Positions 1-9,526 of a stretch of 64,000 nucleotides of DNA are shown piece by piece (the stretch's first letter is position 1; every line of letters starts with the position of its first letter). A program made the translations under genes and the position numbers. This stretch comes from a virus, in the IMG/VR virus record IMGVR_UViG_3300046314_000148, positions 48,246-112,245 of that record. One strand, given 5' to 3'. Below the pieces are notes generated by a model, which saw only the letters and a list, made by a program, of their open reading frames with translations, was not told the DNA's origin and made no database searches.

Positions 1-2
1 TA

Positions 3-212
3 CTCACTGCCAACGATCGTTGCGATAGTTGTGGAGCACAAGCGTATGTCCAGGTAACAGGAGTTACTGGAGACCTTGTGTTCTGCAACCATCACTATAA
101 CAAGATCATGGACAGTACCACGGGGTATGAAAAGATGATGAACTTTGCCTACAACATTCTTAACGAGAGAGAAAGACTTGTAGAGAATAGGTTAATAGGA
201 AGCGACAGATGA
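3..212 (+). CDS. 5'-truncated actinobacterial-type Zn-finger protein (DUF7455-like)
   Basis: Own translation: LTANDRCDSCGAQAYVQV...LVFCNHHY; TGA overlaps next ATG. Confidence 0.7.
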   Translation, partial: LTANDRCDSCGAQAYVQVTGVTGDLVFCNHHYNKIMDSTTGYEKMMNFAYNILNERERLVENRLIGSDR

Positions 213-964
213 TTATACAGATAATAGGACTACCAGGTAGTGGAAAGACCACCTTGGCTAAAGCTCTAAAGGAACGCACTAACGCTATCCACCTAAATGC
301 AGACGAGGTACGTGCAGATATAAACTCTGACCTTGGATTTTCAGAGGCGGAAAGAGAAGAGCAGTCACGCAGACTGGGAGCAATGGCAAGGTTGTTGTCT
401 AACCAGGGCTACGATGTGATTGTTGATTTTGTATGTCCTACTGCAGACACCAGAACTGTTTTTGGTAGACCAGATATCCTTATTTGGATGAACACCATTA
501 AGCAGGGAAGATTCCTAGATACAAACAAGTTGTGGCAAGATCCAGAGAATGCAGACTACGTGTTCGAAGAGCAGATATCCGTAGATGACATGGCCTCTAC
601 AATCATAGAAGAGTTTGCACTTTTTGACTGGTCTGCACCAACGACACTAATGCTTGGAAGATACCAGCCATGGCACGAGGGCCACCAGATGCTCCGTGAC
701 CACGCTGCAGAACGAACAGATCAGATTCTAATTGGGGTTAGAAACACTTATAACACTTCCGAAAAAGATCCATTGCCATACGACATGGTTGAAAAGCTTA
801 TTTATGATAAAAATTCTGGATATGTAAATCTTATTAAGAGGCTTCCAAACATTACTAATATAGTTTACGGTCGTGATGTGGGGTACAAGATCGAGCAGAT
901 CGACTTGCCTGCTGAAATACAGGCCATCTCAGCTACTCAAAAACGTAAGGAGATGGGCATATGA
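209..964 (+). CDS. Adenylyl-sulfate kinase (CysC)-like P-loop domain fused to HxGH nucleotidyltransferase-like domain
   Basis: GLPGSGKTT, NADEVR, DFVCPT; C-terminal GRYQPWHEGH and YGRDVGY. Confidence 0.8.
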   Translation: MIIQIIGLPGSGKTTLAKALKERTNAIHLNADEVRADINSDLGFSEAEREEQSRRLGAMARLLSNQGYDVIVDFVCPTADTRTVFGRPDILIWMNTIKQGRFLDTNKLWQDPENADYVFEEQISVDDMASTIIEEFALFDWSAPTTLMLGRYQPWHEGHQMLRDHAAERTDQILIGVRNTYNTSEKDPLPYDMVEKLIYDKNSGYVNLIKRLPNITNIVYGRDVGYKIEQIDLPAEIQAISATQKRKEMGI

Positions 965-1170
965 AAGAAACAAATAAAAGATCAATAGTCAAGGCGTTAA
1001 CTTATAGATTTTGGCAAAGTCTAAACACATTCTTGATTTCTTTGGTTGTTACTGGTAAACTAGATATGGCTGCTGCTATTGTTAGTATTGAAGTTGTAGT
1101 AAAGATAGTTATTTACTTCTTCCATGAACGCATCTGGAGCAAAATTAAATGGGGTTTAAAAAATGTTTGA
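961..1170 (+). CDS. DUF2061-like small membrane protein
   Basis: ETNKRSIVKALTYR...YFFHERIWSKIKWG. Confidence 0.75.
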   Translation: MKETNKRSIVKALTYRFWQSLNTFLISLVVTGKLDMAAAIVSIEVVVKIVIYFFHERIWSKIKWGLKNV

Positions 1171-1567
1171 GTATTATGTAAAAGAAGTAACCAACGTAGT
1201 AGATGGAGATACCATTGACGTTGTAATCGATCTAGGGTTTGACATTAGCTTTAGTTCACGTGTTCGCCTGGCTGGTATTGATACCCCAGAGTCACGCACA
1301 ACTGACAAGGCTGAGAAGGCCCTAGGCCTAGAGTCCAAGGAATATCTTAAGAAGGCCATCAAAGCTGCCAAGACTGTCGTAATCAAGACTGAGAAGATGG
1401 ATTCCTCGGAGAAGTACGGTCGCATTCTTGGCTGGGTATATCTAGATGGATCTGGAAACTCTATCAATAACGAAATGATTGAGAAGGGCTACGCCTGGGG
1501 ATACCTGGGTGACACCAAGGTAAAAGATTTTGATGCCCTAGCAAAGCAACGTGCACTCCATAAGTAG
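1163..1567 (+). CDS. Thermonuclease (SNase) family nuclease
   Basis: VVDGDTID, RVRLAGIDTPE, KYGRILG. Confidence 0.9.
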   Translation: MFEYYVKEVTNVVDGDTIDVVIDLGFDISFSSRVRLAGIDTPESRTTDKAEKALGLESKEYLKKAIKAAKTVVIKTEKMDSSEKYGRILGWVYLDGSGNSINNEMIEKGYAWGYLGDTKVKDFDALAKQRALHK

Positions 1568-1579
1568 TATAATATATTT

Positions 1580-2017
1580 ATGGAATACGTTATAGGAGCA
1601 ACGCTCACACTAATTACTGTTGCAGTCTGTAACATATTGCTTAGAAAAAATGTTTCTAGGTCTATAAAGGTAAACGTAAACTCTAGCCAGTCTAGAACAT
1701 ACCAGCTAATGAGACCATTAGTCTTCTTCGAAGACCTGCTTTCTTCTAAGCTAGAGCCGAGGATGCCAACACAAAGCAGTAGGCACCACGATAAGGTTCA
1801 CGTCAAGGTTATCATTTCAGATACCGAAGCGTATTGGATTGCTAATAGTAAATTCTACGTTGCCGAGGTAAAAGACGAGATGATAGTTCAGGAAACAACC
1901 CGAGAGGTTGACACGATGGCCATGGATGATGTACAATTGAAAAAGATTATAGATATCGTAGACATGTTAGGAGAAGAAAATGATCGTGGTAGTTCAGGGA
2001 ACAAAGAGATTCGATGA
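1580..2017 (+). CDS. Hypothetical protein with N-terminal hydrophobic anchor
   Basis: ORF; TATAAT-N6-ATG leaderless context. Confidence 0.6.
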   Translation: MEYVIGATLTLITVAVCNILLRKNVSRSIKVNVNSSQSRTYQLMRPLVFFEDLLSSKLEPRMPTQSSRHHDKVHVKVIISDTEAYWIANSKFYVAEVKDEMIVQETTREVDTMAMDDVQLKKIIDIVDMLGEENDRGSSGNKEIR

Positions 2018-2330
2018 CTATTCAGTCTTCTTAACTGGCATGAGGTCTGCCCTAATTAATCTAACAGACAATGATAAGTCATTCACAGTATTTAGTGCAG
2101 GACCAGCAAACATCAATGCTATGGCAATGGAGTTTGTGAATGTTACAGAGAGAAGCCTAAAGGCAAGAGGGATCAAGTCAAAGCTTGTCAAGGTTCCACC
2201 TAGCTGGATTGAAAATAATGTTGATGACATAGATCTGTTTGCATACTATGCATTGCCTAAAGAGCCAATTCCAGAGATGGTTACATCTGTAAGTAACAAA
2301 GGTGTAAACGTTCAGTTTTACAGATTTTAA
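1980..2330 (+). CDS. Hypothetical protein (possible SLOG-like fold)
   Basis: MIVVVQGTKRFDDY start; AGGAG RBS. Confidence 0.5.
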   Translation: MIVVVQGTKRFDDYSVFLTGMRSALINLTDNDKSFTVFSAGPANINAMAMEFVNVTERSLKARGIKSKLVKVPPSWIENNVDDIDLFAYYALPKEPIPEMVTSVSNKGVNVQFYRF

Positions 2331-2405
2331 ATACTGACATAGAGGTATTTAAAAGTCCCGTAGATATTCGGGACACAAATAAACAAAATATAAGGAGAAG
2401 AGACG

Positions 2406-2618
2406 ATGAAAATCATTACGTCTCTAGAGCAAATGGACAAAATTGTCCGATCAGAAAAGTCTTTGCGTTGGAATGGCTGGGATGTAGAACATACAACCCC
2501 CAACCCAACTGCCTGGAGTAAGCCAAACGGTGTTTTTGTCAGGGGCAGATGGTATGTGAAAGAAACATTTCCTATCACTGAGTCTGGGTGGGAGATCCCT
2601 GGCAAGTTTGTGAGGTAG
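2406..2618 (+). CDS. Hypothetical protein
   Basis: AAGGAG RBS, Trp-rich 70 aa ORF. Confidence 0.6.
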   Translation: MKIITSLEQMDKIVRSEKSLRWNGWDVEHTTPNPTAWSKPNGVFVRGRWYVKETFPITESGWEIPGKFVR

Positions 2619-2621
2619 CTC

Positions 2622-2912
2622 ATGGACATATCCAGAGATAAGTGGAAAGACGATGCCAAGTGCATTAAGTTTGACACAAATCTATTCTTCGATACATATG
2701 AAGAAGACCCAGAAATCAGAGCCGATGTAGATGAGATGTGCTTTGGCTGCCCCGTAGCAAGAAAATGTTTTGCTATCGGTGTTTCTCAGAAATCCTGGGG
2801 AGTATGGGGTGGCATATACTTGGAGGATGGCGAAATATCTAAAGAGTTTAACAGACACAAGACAAAGGCTCAGTGGGGTAACACTTGGCAAAAGCTAACC
2901 AATGATAGATAG
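2622..2912 (+). CDS. whiB: WhiB family transcription factor
   Basis: W..DAKC...C..CPVARKC four-Cys pattern and GVWGG turn. Confidence 0.9.
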   Translation: MDISRDKWKDDAKCIKFDTNLFFDTYEEDPEIRADVDEMCFGCPVARKCFAIGVSQKSWGVWGGIYLEDGEISKEFNRHKTKAQWGNTWQKLTNDR

Positions 2913-2917
2913 GATGA

Positions 2918-3157
2918 TTGATGTATACAGACGCAATGAAAGTAGCATTCCATTCTATTCCAGCACCTAAAAACTTTGGAGTTCGCCTAGAAGACAATGA
3001 CACGTTCCTAACCATTAGGGCAAAAGAAGACGTATTTATGAGACTATACGATGACGAAAAGCGTCAGGCTGTGGAGTACATGATTCGACTGAAGAAGGCC
3101 CTAGAGGATAACGGAGCCATTGTGCTCATCGTTCGAGAAGGTGGCAAAGAAGAATGA
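2918..3157 (+). CDS. Hypothetical protein
   Basis: ORF in operon after whiB. Confidence 0.6.
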   Translation: MMYTDAMKVAFHSIPAPKNFGVRLEDNDTFLTIRAKEDVFMRLYDDEKRQAVEYMIRLKKALEDNGAIVLIVREGGKEE

Positions 3158-3546
3158 TAAATTGGATAGATATTCTAGCCTTGATTCCGATGCTTGGATT
3201 AATATTTGTGGCATATCAGTATCTAGTCATAAAGAGACAAAACACGAATCTGGCAAAGATGTTTATGCAGTCTGAAGTAGACAAGAATCTACTTGGACAG
3301 CAGATCTTACAGATCAGAGAAGACAAGAGGCTGCTAGAGTCTGATGAGTTCATGATGTTTTTAAACAATAGCCGTCAGGCAGCGTTTGACTACATCGAGG
3401 ATGCACAGGCTGGAATTAAAAAGTTCGACGAGGATGTTCGTCTAATTCTTTTAGAAGAAAACTCATCTGCAGCCACGCTGGTAAAGATTCTAGAAGCTAA
3501 TAAGCAGCTTCAAAAGCTATTGCCAGATAGTATAAATAAACAATAA
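3154..3546 (+). CDS. Membrane-anchored coiled-coil hypothetical protein
   Basis: N-terminal TM helix; ATGA coupling. Confidence 0.6.
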   Translation: MINWIDILALIPMLGLIFVAYQYLVIKRQNTNLAKMFMQSEVDKNLLGQQILQIREDKRLLESDEFMMFLNNSRQAAFDYIEDAQAGIKKFDEDVRLILLEENSSAATLVKILEANKQLQKLLPDSINKQ

Positions 3547-3556
3547 GGAGAAATAA

Positions 3557-3922
3557 ATGAATAAGCAACTAAAAGCAGCATCAGCATCGTACGCAAGATC
3601 AGTTCTTGCTGCAGCATCTGCCCTATACCTAGCTGGGGTAACTGACCCAGGACAGCTACTAAACGCACTAATCGCAGGTATCCTACCAGTAGCACTACGT
3701 GCATTAAACAAGAACGATCCAGCATTCGGTATAATCGAGAAGCTTGCACAGCCACACCTGGCAAAGCTATCGGATGGTGAGCCTGTAATCTCTAAGGAAT
3801 ATCTGGAGAAGAACAGGGAAGCCATCGAGAAGCTCGCTTCTGAATACCAGAAGGCTAGCAAGGCTCAGGCAGCTAAGGCAGCTGCTAAGCCAACCACTAA
3901 GCCAACACCGAAGAAGAAGTAA
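3557..3922 (+). CDS. Putative holin-like membrane protein
   Basis: ASYARSVLAAASALYLAGVTDP...LRALNKNDPAFG, two hydrophobic helices, basic C-terminus; AAGGAG RBS. Confidence 0.55.
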   Translation: MNKQLKAASASYARSVLAAASALYLAGVTDPGQLLNALIAGILPVALRALNKNDPAFGIIEKLAQPHLAKLSDGEPVISKEYLEKNREAIEKLASEYQKASKAQAAKAAAKPTTKPTPKKK

Positions 3923-3939
3923 TTCTCTTAGTATAGATA

Positions 3940-3970
3940 GGGGGGCCGCAGATGCGGTCCCTCTTTTCTT
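3940..3970. terminator. Intrinsic terminator between convergent genes
   Basis: GGGGGCCGCA-GA-TGCGGTCCCT hairpin followed by T-rich run. Confidence 0.7.
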
Positions 3971-3973
3971 ATG

Positions 3974-4684
3974 CTAGTATACTATCCTATTGTCCCAGGC
4001 ATAGCTCCAGGAGATTCTACCAAGGTCGCTAGACGAAGTATCTGGCCTCTTGCTGAAGTCCTTAAAGTTCGCTACGTGAGCCCCATCGTAATGATACTCT
4101 AGGGTGGTCTTGCCAGACTTGAGATCATCTATTGTGGTAAATGAACTGCCCATCTCCCCAATCCCGATCCTCTCCGTAGCCTGAGTGAACACCCTGCCCA
4201 TCTGAGCAGTGCCACCTATGTATGCTGGGTCCTTGCCATACTCTCTAGCGTTATATATGTTAGATAAGTTTATTATGCACTCTAGAATTTCTGGTTGTCT
4301 CGGCAGAGAATATATAACAGCATTCTGGATAATGCTTTTGTATTTAAATATCTTTTTTAGGGCATTGTCTCTAAATACGATGATGTCTTTTTCTAAAGCT
4401 ATCTTATCTATAAATCTAATTCCCAGGTCAGAGTAGATGCCTCCATGAACATACAGGATGCACAGCCTGGCAAGGTCTGCCTTGTAAGCGTATGGCTTAA
4501 CTGCATTGTAGGCCGTAAGGACAGATGGCCCAAAGTTGCTACTAATCAGATCCTTTATCATTCGGTCATCCCATATTCGGATATCCACACCCTGGGTGCT
4601 GGCAAAGGCCCCGATCTCATCTGAATATGTATCTAGATAAACATCTCGCATGGTTCCAAGGTATATAAGATGTCCTAGATTCAT
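3974..4684 (-). CDS. Glycosyltransferase family 32 (OCH1-like, DXD)
   Basis: YAYKADLARLCILYVHGGIYSDLG. Confidence 0.85.
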   Translation of the reverse strand: MNLGHLIYLGTMRDVYLDTYSDEIGAFASTQGVDIRIWDDRMIKDLISSNFGPSVLTAYNAVKPYAYKADLARLCILYVHGGIYSDLGIRFIDKIALEKDIIVFRDNALKKIFKYKSIIQNAVIYSLPRQPEILECIINLSNIYNAREYGKDPAYIGGTAQMGRVFTQATERIGIGEMGSSFTTIDDLKSGKTTLEYHYDGAHVANFKDFSKRPDTSSSDLGRISWSYAWDNRIVY

Positions 4685-4720
4685 GACTAAAGTATATCAT
4701 AATGGTGATATACTAATACT

Positions 4721-4807
4721 GTCCCCCACATGGGCCTACGCTTAGGATGGATTAGTTACCTATTTATAAGACCGTGGCCATCGTGCTTGAATTGCCCGTG
4801 TGGGGGC
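4721..4807 (+). ncRNA. Candidate ~87-nt structured small RNA of unknown family
   Basis: TGATATACT -10 just upstream; 13-bp closing stem CCCCCACATGGGC/GCCCGTGTGGGGG; inner GATGG/CCATC stem. Confidence 0.55.
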
Positions 4808-4826
4808 TTTATGGTATACTTTTCAT

Positions 4827-5285
4827 ATGGAACAATTACTTATTCAGCTCAAGCAGCTACTGGCAGACAACATTGCCCTTGCATTTAAGGCACAGGGATA
4901 CCACTGGAACGTAGAGAGCGACGATTTCCCACAGTTGCACGAATTCTTCGGAAAAATATATGAAAACTTTGGTGGTGCAACAGACGGCTATGCAGAGTGG
5001 ATGCGTATGCTTAAGGTCTACGCACCATATCGCCTAGTTGACTTCTTTGACCAGACAACCGTAGGTGAGCCATATATTATCGGGGAGCCAGAGCCAATGC
5101 TCGCTGACCTATACACATCAATTGAAAAGCACATTGCAGATCTTGTCGTCGCAGGAAAGCTAGCTAACACATCTAGCGAATTCGGACTAGCAAACTTCTT
5201 TGCCGAGCGTCAGACAGCTTCTCAGAAGCTTTGCTGGCAACTACGTGCATCTATCGAGATAGAGGAACCAGACACCAATGAATAA
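4827..5285 (+). CDS. dps: Dps / ferritin-like DNA-protection protein
   Basis: KAQGYHWNVESDDFPQLHEFF...D..AE..R; start moved to ATG 4827 (leaderless). Confidence 0.85.
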   Translation: MEQLLIQLKQLLADNIALAFKAQGYHWNVESDDFPQLHEFFGKIYENFGGATDGYAEWMRMLKVYAPYRLVDFFDQTTVGEPYIIGEPEPMLADLYTSIEKHIADLVVAGKLANTSSEFGLANFFAERQTASQKLCWQLRASIEIEEPDTNE

Positions 5286-5823
5286 TGATTTAATCACAAA
5301 GCAATCACCTTGCTGGGACGGATACGTTCAGCGTGGCATGAAGCCAGGAGAAGGTGGGGCCATGGTTCCTAACTGCGTTCCTGCAGAAAAGGCAGACGAC
5401 CTATTCGAAGACTCAGACGATGTCGAATACGATACAGACTCTATGGCAAAGGCCGAAGGCTATTCTCCTCCAGCTGGTGCAAGAGCAGCAGCACGTAGAG
5501 CTATCAAGTTTAAGGAAGATGGCAAGGCTAATGGGGCTGGAACATCTGTAGGCTGGACTCGTGCAGGGCAGCTGGCAAGAGGGGAGACCATCTCTCTTAG
5601 TACTGTTAAGCGTATGTACTCATACTTCTCACGCCACGAGGTAGACAAGAAGGGCAAGGACTGGGGAAACTCTGCTAACCCATCTAATGGATACATCATG
5701 TGGCTTGCCTGGGGTGGAGATGCAGGGTACTCTTGGTCACGTAAGATAGCCCAGAAGGCTTCGGACAAGGCCCTATTCTCTGACTTCGGCAAAGATTACA
5801 CAAAGTCTTCTAAGATAGTTTAG
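5278..5823 (+). CDS. Phage hypothetical protein with N-terminal PCWDGY...VPNCVP motif
   Basis: GTSVGWTRAGQLA...KRMYSYFSRH...WLAWGGDAG. Confidence 0.65.
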   Translation: MNNDLITKQSPCWDGYVQRGMKPGEGGAMVPNCVPAEKADDLFEDSDDVEYDTDSMAKAEGYSPPAGARAAARRAIKFKEDGKANGAGTSVGWTRAGQLARGETISLSTVKRMYSYFSRHEVDKKGKDWGNSANPSNGYIMWLAWGGDAGYSWSRKIAQKASDKALFSDFGKDYTKSSKIV

Positions 5824-5834
5824 GTAGCTATAGT

Positions 5835-6773
5835 ATGGGTCAGCCCACTATATTCATAACCATACCAGCATACGAGGATCCTCAGCTCCTGGAGACCATA
5901 GAGGGGGCACTGGACAATGCCTTATATCCAGAAAGACTATTCTTTTGTATTGGTATGCAATACAGAGTTCTGCCAGATATATCTAAATACCTAAGTAATC
6001 CAAATTTCAAATTTTTATTTTATGATGTAGATACTAGACCAGGTGTGTACCAGATCAGAAAAGAGATGGCAGACGAGCACAGCGGCCAGGACTATTTTAT
6101 GATGATCGACTCACACATGACATTTGTCAAGTATTGGGACTCTATGTTGGTAAATGACTATAAAAATTTGGTGGCAACTCACGGAGAAAAGACCGTGATG
6201 TCTAAGCCAGTGACACACAAGATAGGCTTGACCCTAAACAATGGGCATATAAACGATTATCCATGTTGGGAGATAAATCGCAATGTCAGCCCTAAAGAGA
6301 TCAATAGGTTTTTAATTCCAGCAGTTCGCAACATCCCATGGAATGGTGATAGATTTATAAAGATATACTACGCCTGTAGCCATTTCTTTTTTACTAGCAA
6401 AAAGTTTCTAGAGGACCTTGGATTTTTCTCAGGTATAAGATTCTATTGCGAGGAACTAATAACTAGCGTCCTAATTTACATATCTGGTTGGGACATATAC
6501 ATGAATCCATCTCATATATTAGTTGGCCACGATGATAAAAAAACCATGAGAAGCCTATACAATAGAGATAGCTACTCTCTGGCCGATGGCAAGACCTTTA
6601 CGGCAATAGAAGATGACGGGGGTACCAAGTTGGAGATTGCAAGGTTTGTGCTAACTGGAAAGTCTAAGCTCATAGATGTGAACGCTAGCAGATCAGTAGA
6701 AGATTATTACACGGTGTCTGGCCTAGCTGACGTATATCGTGAGCTAAAGGTCGAAAATCTAATATTAGATTAA
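5835..6773 (+). CDS. GT-A glycosyltransferase resembling Skp1 hydroxyproline GlcNAc-transferase (GT60 family)
   Basis: TIFITIPAYEDPQL...YPERLFFCI...YFMMIDSHMTFVKYWD...FYCEE...GWDIY. Confidence 0.75.
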   Translation: MGQPTIFITIPAYEDPQLLETIEGALDNALYPERLFFCIGMQYRVLPDISKYLSNPNFKFLFYDVDTRPGVYQIRKEMADEHSGQDYFMMIDSHMTFVKYWDSMLVNDYKNLVATHGEKTVMSKPVTHKIGLTLNNGHINDYPCWEINRNVSPKEINRFLIPAVRNIPWNGDRFIKIYYACSHFFFTSKKFLEDLGFFSGIRFYCEELITSVLIYISGWDIYMNPSHILVGHDDKKTMRSLYNRDSYSLADGKTFTAIEDDGGTKLEIARFVLTGKSKLIDVNASRSVEDYYTVSGLADVYRELKVENLILD

Positions 6774-7010
6774 GTCGTGCTCTCTTAGGTATGTTCTGGC
6801 TTTATGGCAGTTCGAGCAAACGACATCGCACTTTCTGACCTCTTTCCAGGCAGCGTCTCTACCAAACTTCTTTAGGACCCTGTATACTATGTCAACCTTC
6901 TTGACACCTGGACGATGATCAAACTCTAGGATGTAGTGGGGGTACTTAACCTTACAGTCAAGGCAGCCCATCTTTTCCTTATGCGTCTGAAACTCAAGAA
7001 AGCTTGTCAT
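6765..7010 (-). CDS. HNH-type Zn-binding endonuclease-like protein
   Basis: CLDC...LEFDH...KCDVVCSNCHKART. Confidence 0.75.
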   Translation of the reverse strand: MTSFLEFQTHKEKMGCLDCKVKYPHYILEFDHRPGVKKVDIVYRVLKKFGRDAAWKEVRKCDVVCSNCHKARTYLREHDLI

Positions 7011-7048
7011 CTATTAAATTATAACATTATTGGTTGTATAATTATTGT

Positions 7049-7276
7049 ATGGATTTGAACATTGAAAACATTGACGATATCGAGATGCGTTCTCGACAGC
7101 TATTGCAAAAGATAGATGATGTTACAGCAGACCTTTATAGCCTGGGTGGCCTAGAGGAGCGTCTTGTGTTTATGTCTAACCTTCGTAGCCTTATCGCAGA
7201 AAAAGATCTTATCGGTGATCAGTTGGCTGTAGATGTTTTAAATTGGGCTTGGCAAAGACTTGCGGAATCAGACTGA
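7049..7276 (+). CDS. Hypothetical protein
   Basis: TATAAT-N6-ATG leaderless ORF. Confidence 0.55.
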   Translation: MDLNIENIDDIEMRSRQLLQKIDDVTADLYSLGGLEERLVFMSNLRSLIAEKDLIGDQLAVDVLNWAWQRLAESD

Positions 7277-7304
7277 GTCTGCTAGAATAGTATAGCTAAT
7301 AATC

Positions 7305-7377
7305 GGCCCCATCGTTTAGAGGCCTAGGACACCGCCCTTTCACGGCGGCAGCACGGGTTCGAATCCCGTTGGGGTCA
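7305..7377 (+). tRNA. tRNA-Glu(TTC)
   Basis: Cloverleaf GGCCCCA...TGGGGTC, anticodon loop CTTTCAC, GTTCGAATC. Confidence 0.95.
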
Positions 7378-7397
7378 CTCATAGAGAGAAGATCGGT

Positions 7398-8291
7398 ATG
7401 ATACTAGTCACAGGTGGTGCAGGATTTATTGGATCCCATCTGGTCGATAAGCTAATCAGTGATGGCTTCACCGTGCGAGTAATTGATAACGAGTCTGCCA
7501 CAGAGAATGATGCCTTCTACTGGAACCCAGAGGCAGACAACCACAAGCTAGACGTGGCTAACTATGAAGCAACTAGGCATCTCTATGATGGAATAGAGGT
7601 TGTCTACCATCTGGCAGCAATCTCCAGAATACAGCCAGCAATTGCCAGCCCACATTCTGTAGTAGAAACAAACATTGTTGGTACAGAAAATGTCCTTCGC
7701 TGTTCCGCAGAGGCAGGGGTGCAAAGGTTTGTATTCTCATCATCCTCATCTATTTATGGTAATAACGATATTCCAAATGTGGAATCTCAGAATGCAGACT
7801 GCCTAAACGCATACTCATCAAGCAAGCTCTCTGGCGAGCTCATGTGCAATGCAATGCATGGTGTATCTGGAATGGAAACAATCTCTCTTAGATTTTTTAA
7901 TGTTTATGGTGAGCGTCAGCCGTTACGAGGTAAGTACGCAACAGTAATTGGCCTATTCCTTCTCCAGGCCAAAAGAAATTTGCCGCTTACCATAGTGGGT
8001 GACGGGCATCAGACAAGAAGCTTTACTCATGTCTCGGATGTTGTAGATGCATGCTACAGAGCAGGATTCTCTGTTCCCTGGGATGGGGCATTCGGGGATA
8101 CCTATAACGTAGGCTATGAAACCTCGTACTCCATAAATGATGTTGCCAAAATGATATCAGATAACACTGCCAGCATCCCAGAAAGAATAGGGGAAGCTAG
8201 GCACACACTATCTGACTCCTCTAAGTTTAAGGATGTCTTTGGGTGGAAGCCAAATGTATCTCTAGAGGATTGGGTAGCCCAGAATGTCTAA
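7398..8291 (+). CDS. NAD-dependent nucleotide-sugar epimerase/dehydratase
   Basis: VTGGAGFIGSHL, YSSSK, LRFFNVYG. Confidence 0.9.
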   Translation: MILVTGGAGFIGSHLVDKLISDGFTVRVIDNESATENDAFYWNPEADNHKLDVANYEATRHLYDGIEVVYHLAAISRIQPAIASPHSVVETNIVGTENVLRCSAEAGVQRFVFSSSSSIYGNNDIPNVESQNADCLNAYSSSKLSGELMCNAMHGVSGMETISLRFFNVYGERQPLRGKYATVIGLFLLQAKRNLPLTIVGDGHQTRSFTHVSDVVDACYRAGFSVPWDGAFGDTYNVGYETSYSINDVAKMISDNTASIPERIGEARHTLSDSSKFKDVFGWKPNVSLEDWVAQNV

Positions 8292-9039
8292 CATGCTAAT
8301 TATTGGCAAAGGAAAAGTAGGCCAGGCAACAGCAAGAAGCTTACCCTCAGCGACCATAGACTTTCACGATCCATACATGGGTATGGTAATCGATGACCCA
8401 AGTAGCTATAGCCATGTGATTATCTGTGTAGATACTCTTCAGCAAGGGCCGAGAGATTACAGAGATCTGGACTCTGTCCTAGAATATCTAAGCTCCTACA
8501 AGAACCTTGTGATAGTCAGAAGCACTATCGATCCAGATAAGGCCAGGGAGCTGGGCCACCTCTTTGGAGATAACCTAATTATTTTCCCAGAGTTCATGGA
8601 CCATCATGACTTTAAAAATCAGCGTGACCCAGCCTCTAGGATTGTGCTAGGGGGAGCCATCAGCATGACTAATGCCTTCTTCGAATTGCTGGGAGATCTC
8701 GGGTATCCATGGATTAGAGACACGTTCTTCGTATCTCATGAAGAAGCATCAATAATAAAACTATCATCTAACGCAGCATTAGCCACTAAGGTAATCATGT
8801 TTAATGCAATATACGAGATCTGCAATAATTATGGAGTACCCTACGATGAGGTCAGGAAGGCTATAGGTGCTGATTCTAGAATTGGTCTTGGACATACCCT
8901 GGTGCCAAGTCCAGATGATGGCCAGCTAGGGTTTGGTGGCCATTGCTTGCCAAAAGACATAAAGGCAATAGCAGACATTGACAGCCTTGGATTCTTTAGT
9001 TTCGTAAACAATTTAAATAAAAGGCTTGGCAGATCCTAA
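8284..9039 (+). CDS. UDP-glucose/GDP-mannose dehydrogenase family protein
   Basis: GKGKVG, IVRSTI, PEF, KLSSNAALATK, GFGGHCLPKD. Confidence 0.9.
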   Translation: MSNMLIIGKGKVGQATARSLPSATIDFHDPYMGMVIDDPSSYSHVIICVDTLQQGPRDYRDLDSVLEYLSSYKNLVIVRSTIDPDKARELGHLFGDNLIIFPEFMDHHDFKNQRDPASRIVLGGAISMTNAFFELLGDLGYPWIRDTFFVSHEEASIIKLSSNAALATKVIMFNAIYEICNNYGVPYDEVRKAIGADSRIGLGHTLVPSPDDGQLGFGGHCLPKDIKAIADIDSLGFFSFVNNLNKRLGRS

Positions 9040-9072
9040 ATTGTATGCTACAATATATCCATGGAGATAACT

Positions 9073-9162
9073 ATGAAGTCAAACCAGCATCCGCATCAGC
9101 GATATAGCTTGGCCTACTCGTGGCAACAGCATGCCAGCCTCCAGAGCATTCGCTCACTATAA
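9073..9162 (+). CDS. 29-aa leader-type peptide upstream of tRNA array
   Basis: GGAG RBS; MKSNQHPHQRYSLAYSWQQHASLQSIRSL. Confidence 0.4.
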   Translation: MKSNQHPHQRYSLAYSWQQHASLQSIRSL

Positions 9163-9194
9163 ATCAAACAATCTATAACTTAATAAACATATAA

Positions 9195-9265
9195 TCCTCA
9201 CTGGTGTAGTGGTAGCACAACAGCTTCCAAACCTGTTGGTCTGAGTTCGATTCTTAGGTGGGGGG
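9195..9265 (+). tRNA. tRNA-Trp(CCA)
   Basis: Cloverleaf; loop TTCCAAA; C31-C39 mismatch. Confidence 0.8.
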
Positions 9266-9270
9266 CGTAA

Positions 9271-9342
9271 ACCAATATAGCTCAACGGAAGAGCATTTGC
9301 CTACGAAGCAAAGGGTTAAAGGTTCGAATCCTTTTATTGGTA
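9271..9342 (+). tRNA. tRNA-Arg(ACG)
   Basis: ACCAATA/TATTGGT acceptor; TTTGC-CTACGAA-GCAAA. Confidence 0.9.
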
Positions 9343-9367
9343 CTGATAACTAAATATAGAAATGCAA

Positions 9368-9450
9368 GGAAGTGCGTCGCAGTTGGAGAGGCGAGGCGGT
9401 CTGTAAAACCGTTGGGTGCACCTAAGTCAGTTCGAATCTGACCACTTCCA
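9368..9450 (+). tRNA. tRNA-Tyr(GTA)
   Basis: GGAAGTG/CACTTCC; GCGGT-CTGTAAA-ACCGT; long variable arm. Confidence 0.9.
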
Positions 9451-9452
9451 CT

Positions 9453-9526
9453 GTGTACGTAGTTCAATGGTAGAACGCTTGGTTGTGGTCCAAGGAATGG
9501 GGGTTCAATTCCCCTCGTGCACCCCA
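9453..9526 (+). tRNA. tRNA-His(GTG)
   Basis: CTTGG-TTGTGGT-CCAAG; C73 plus encoded CCA. Confidence 0.9.
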
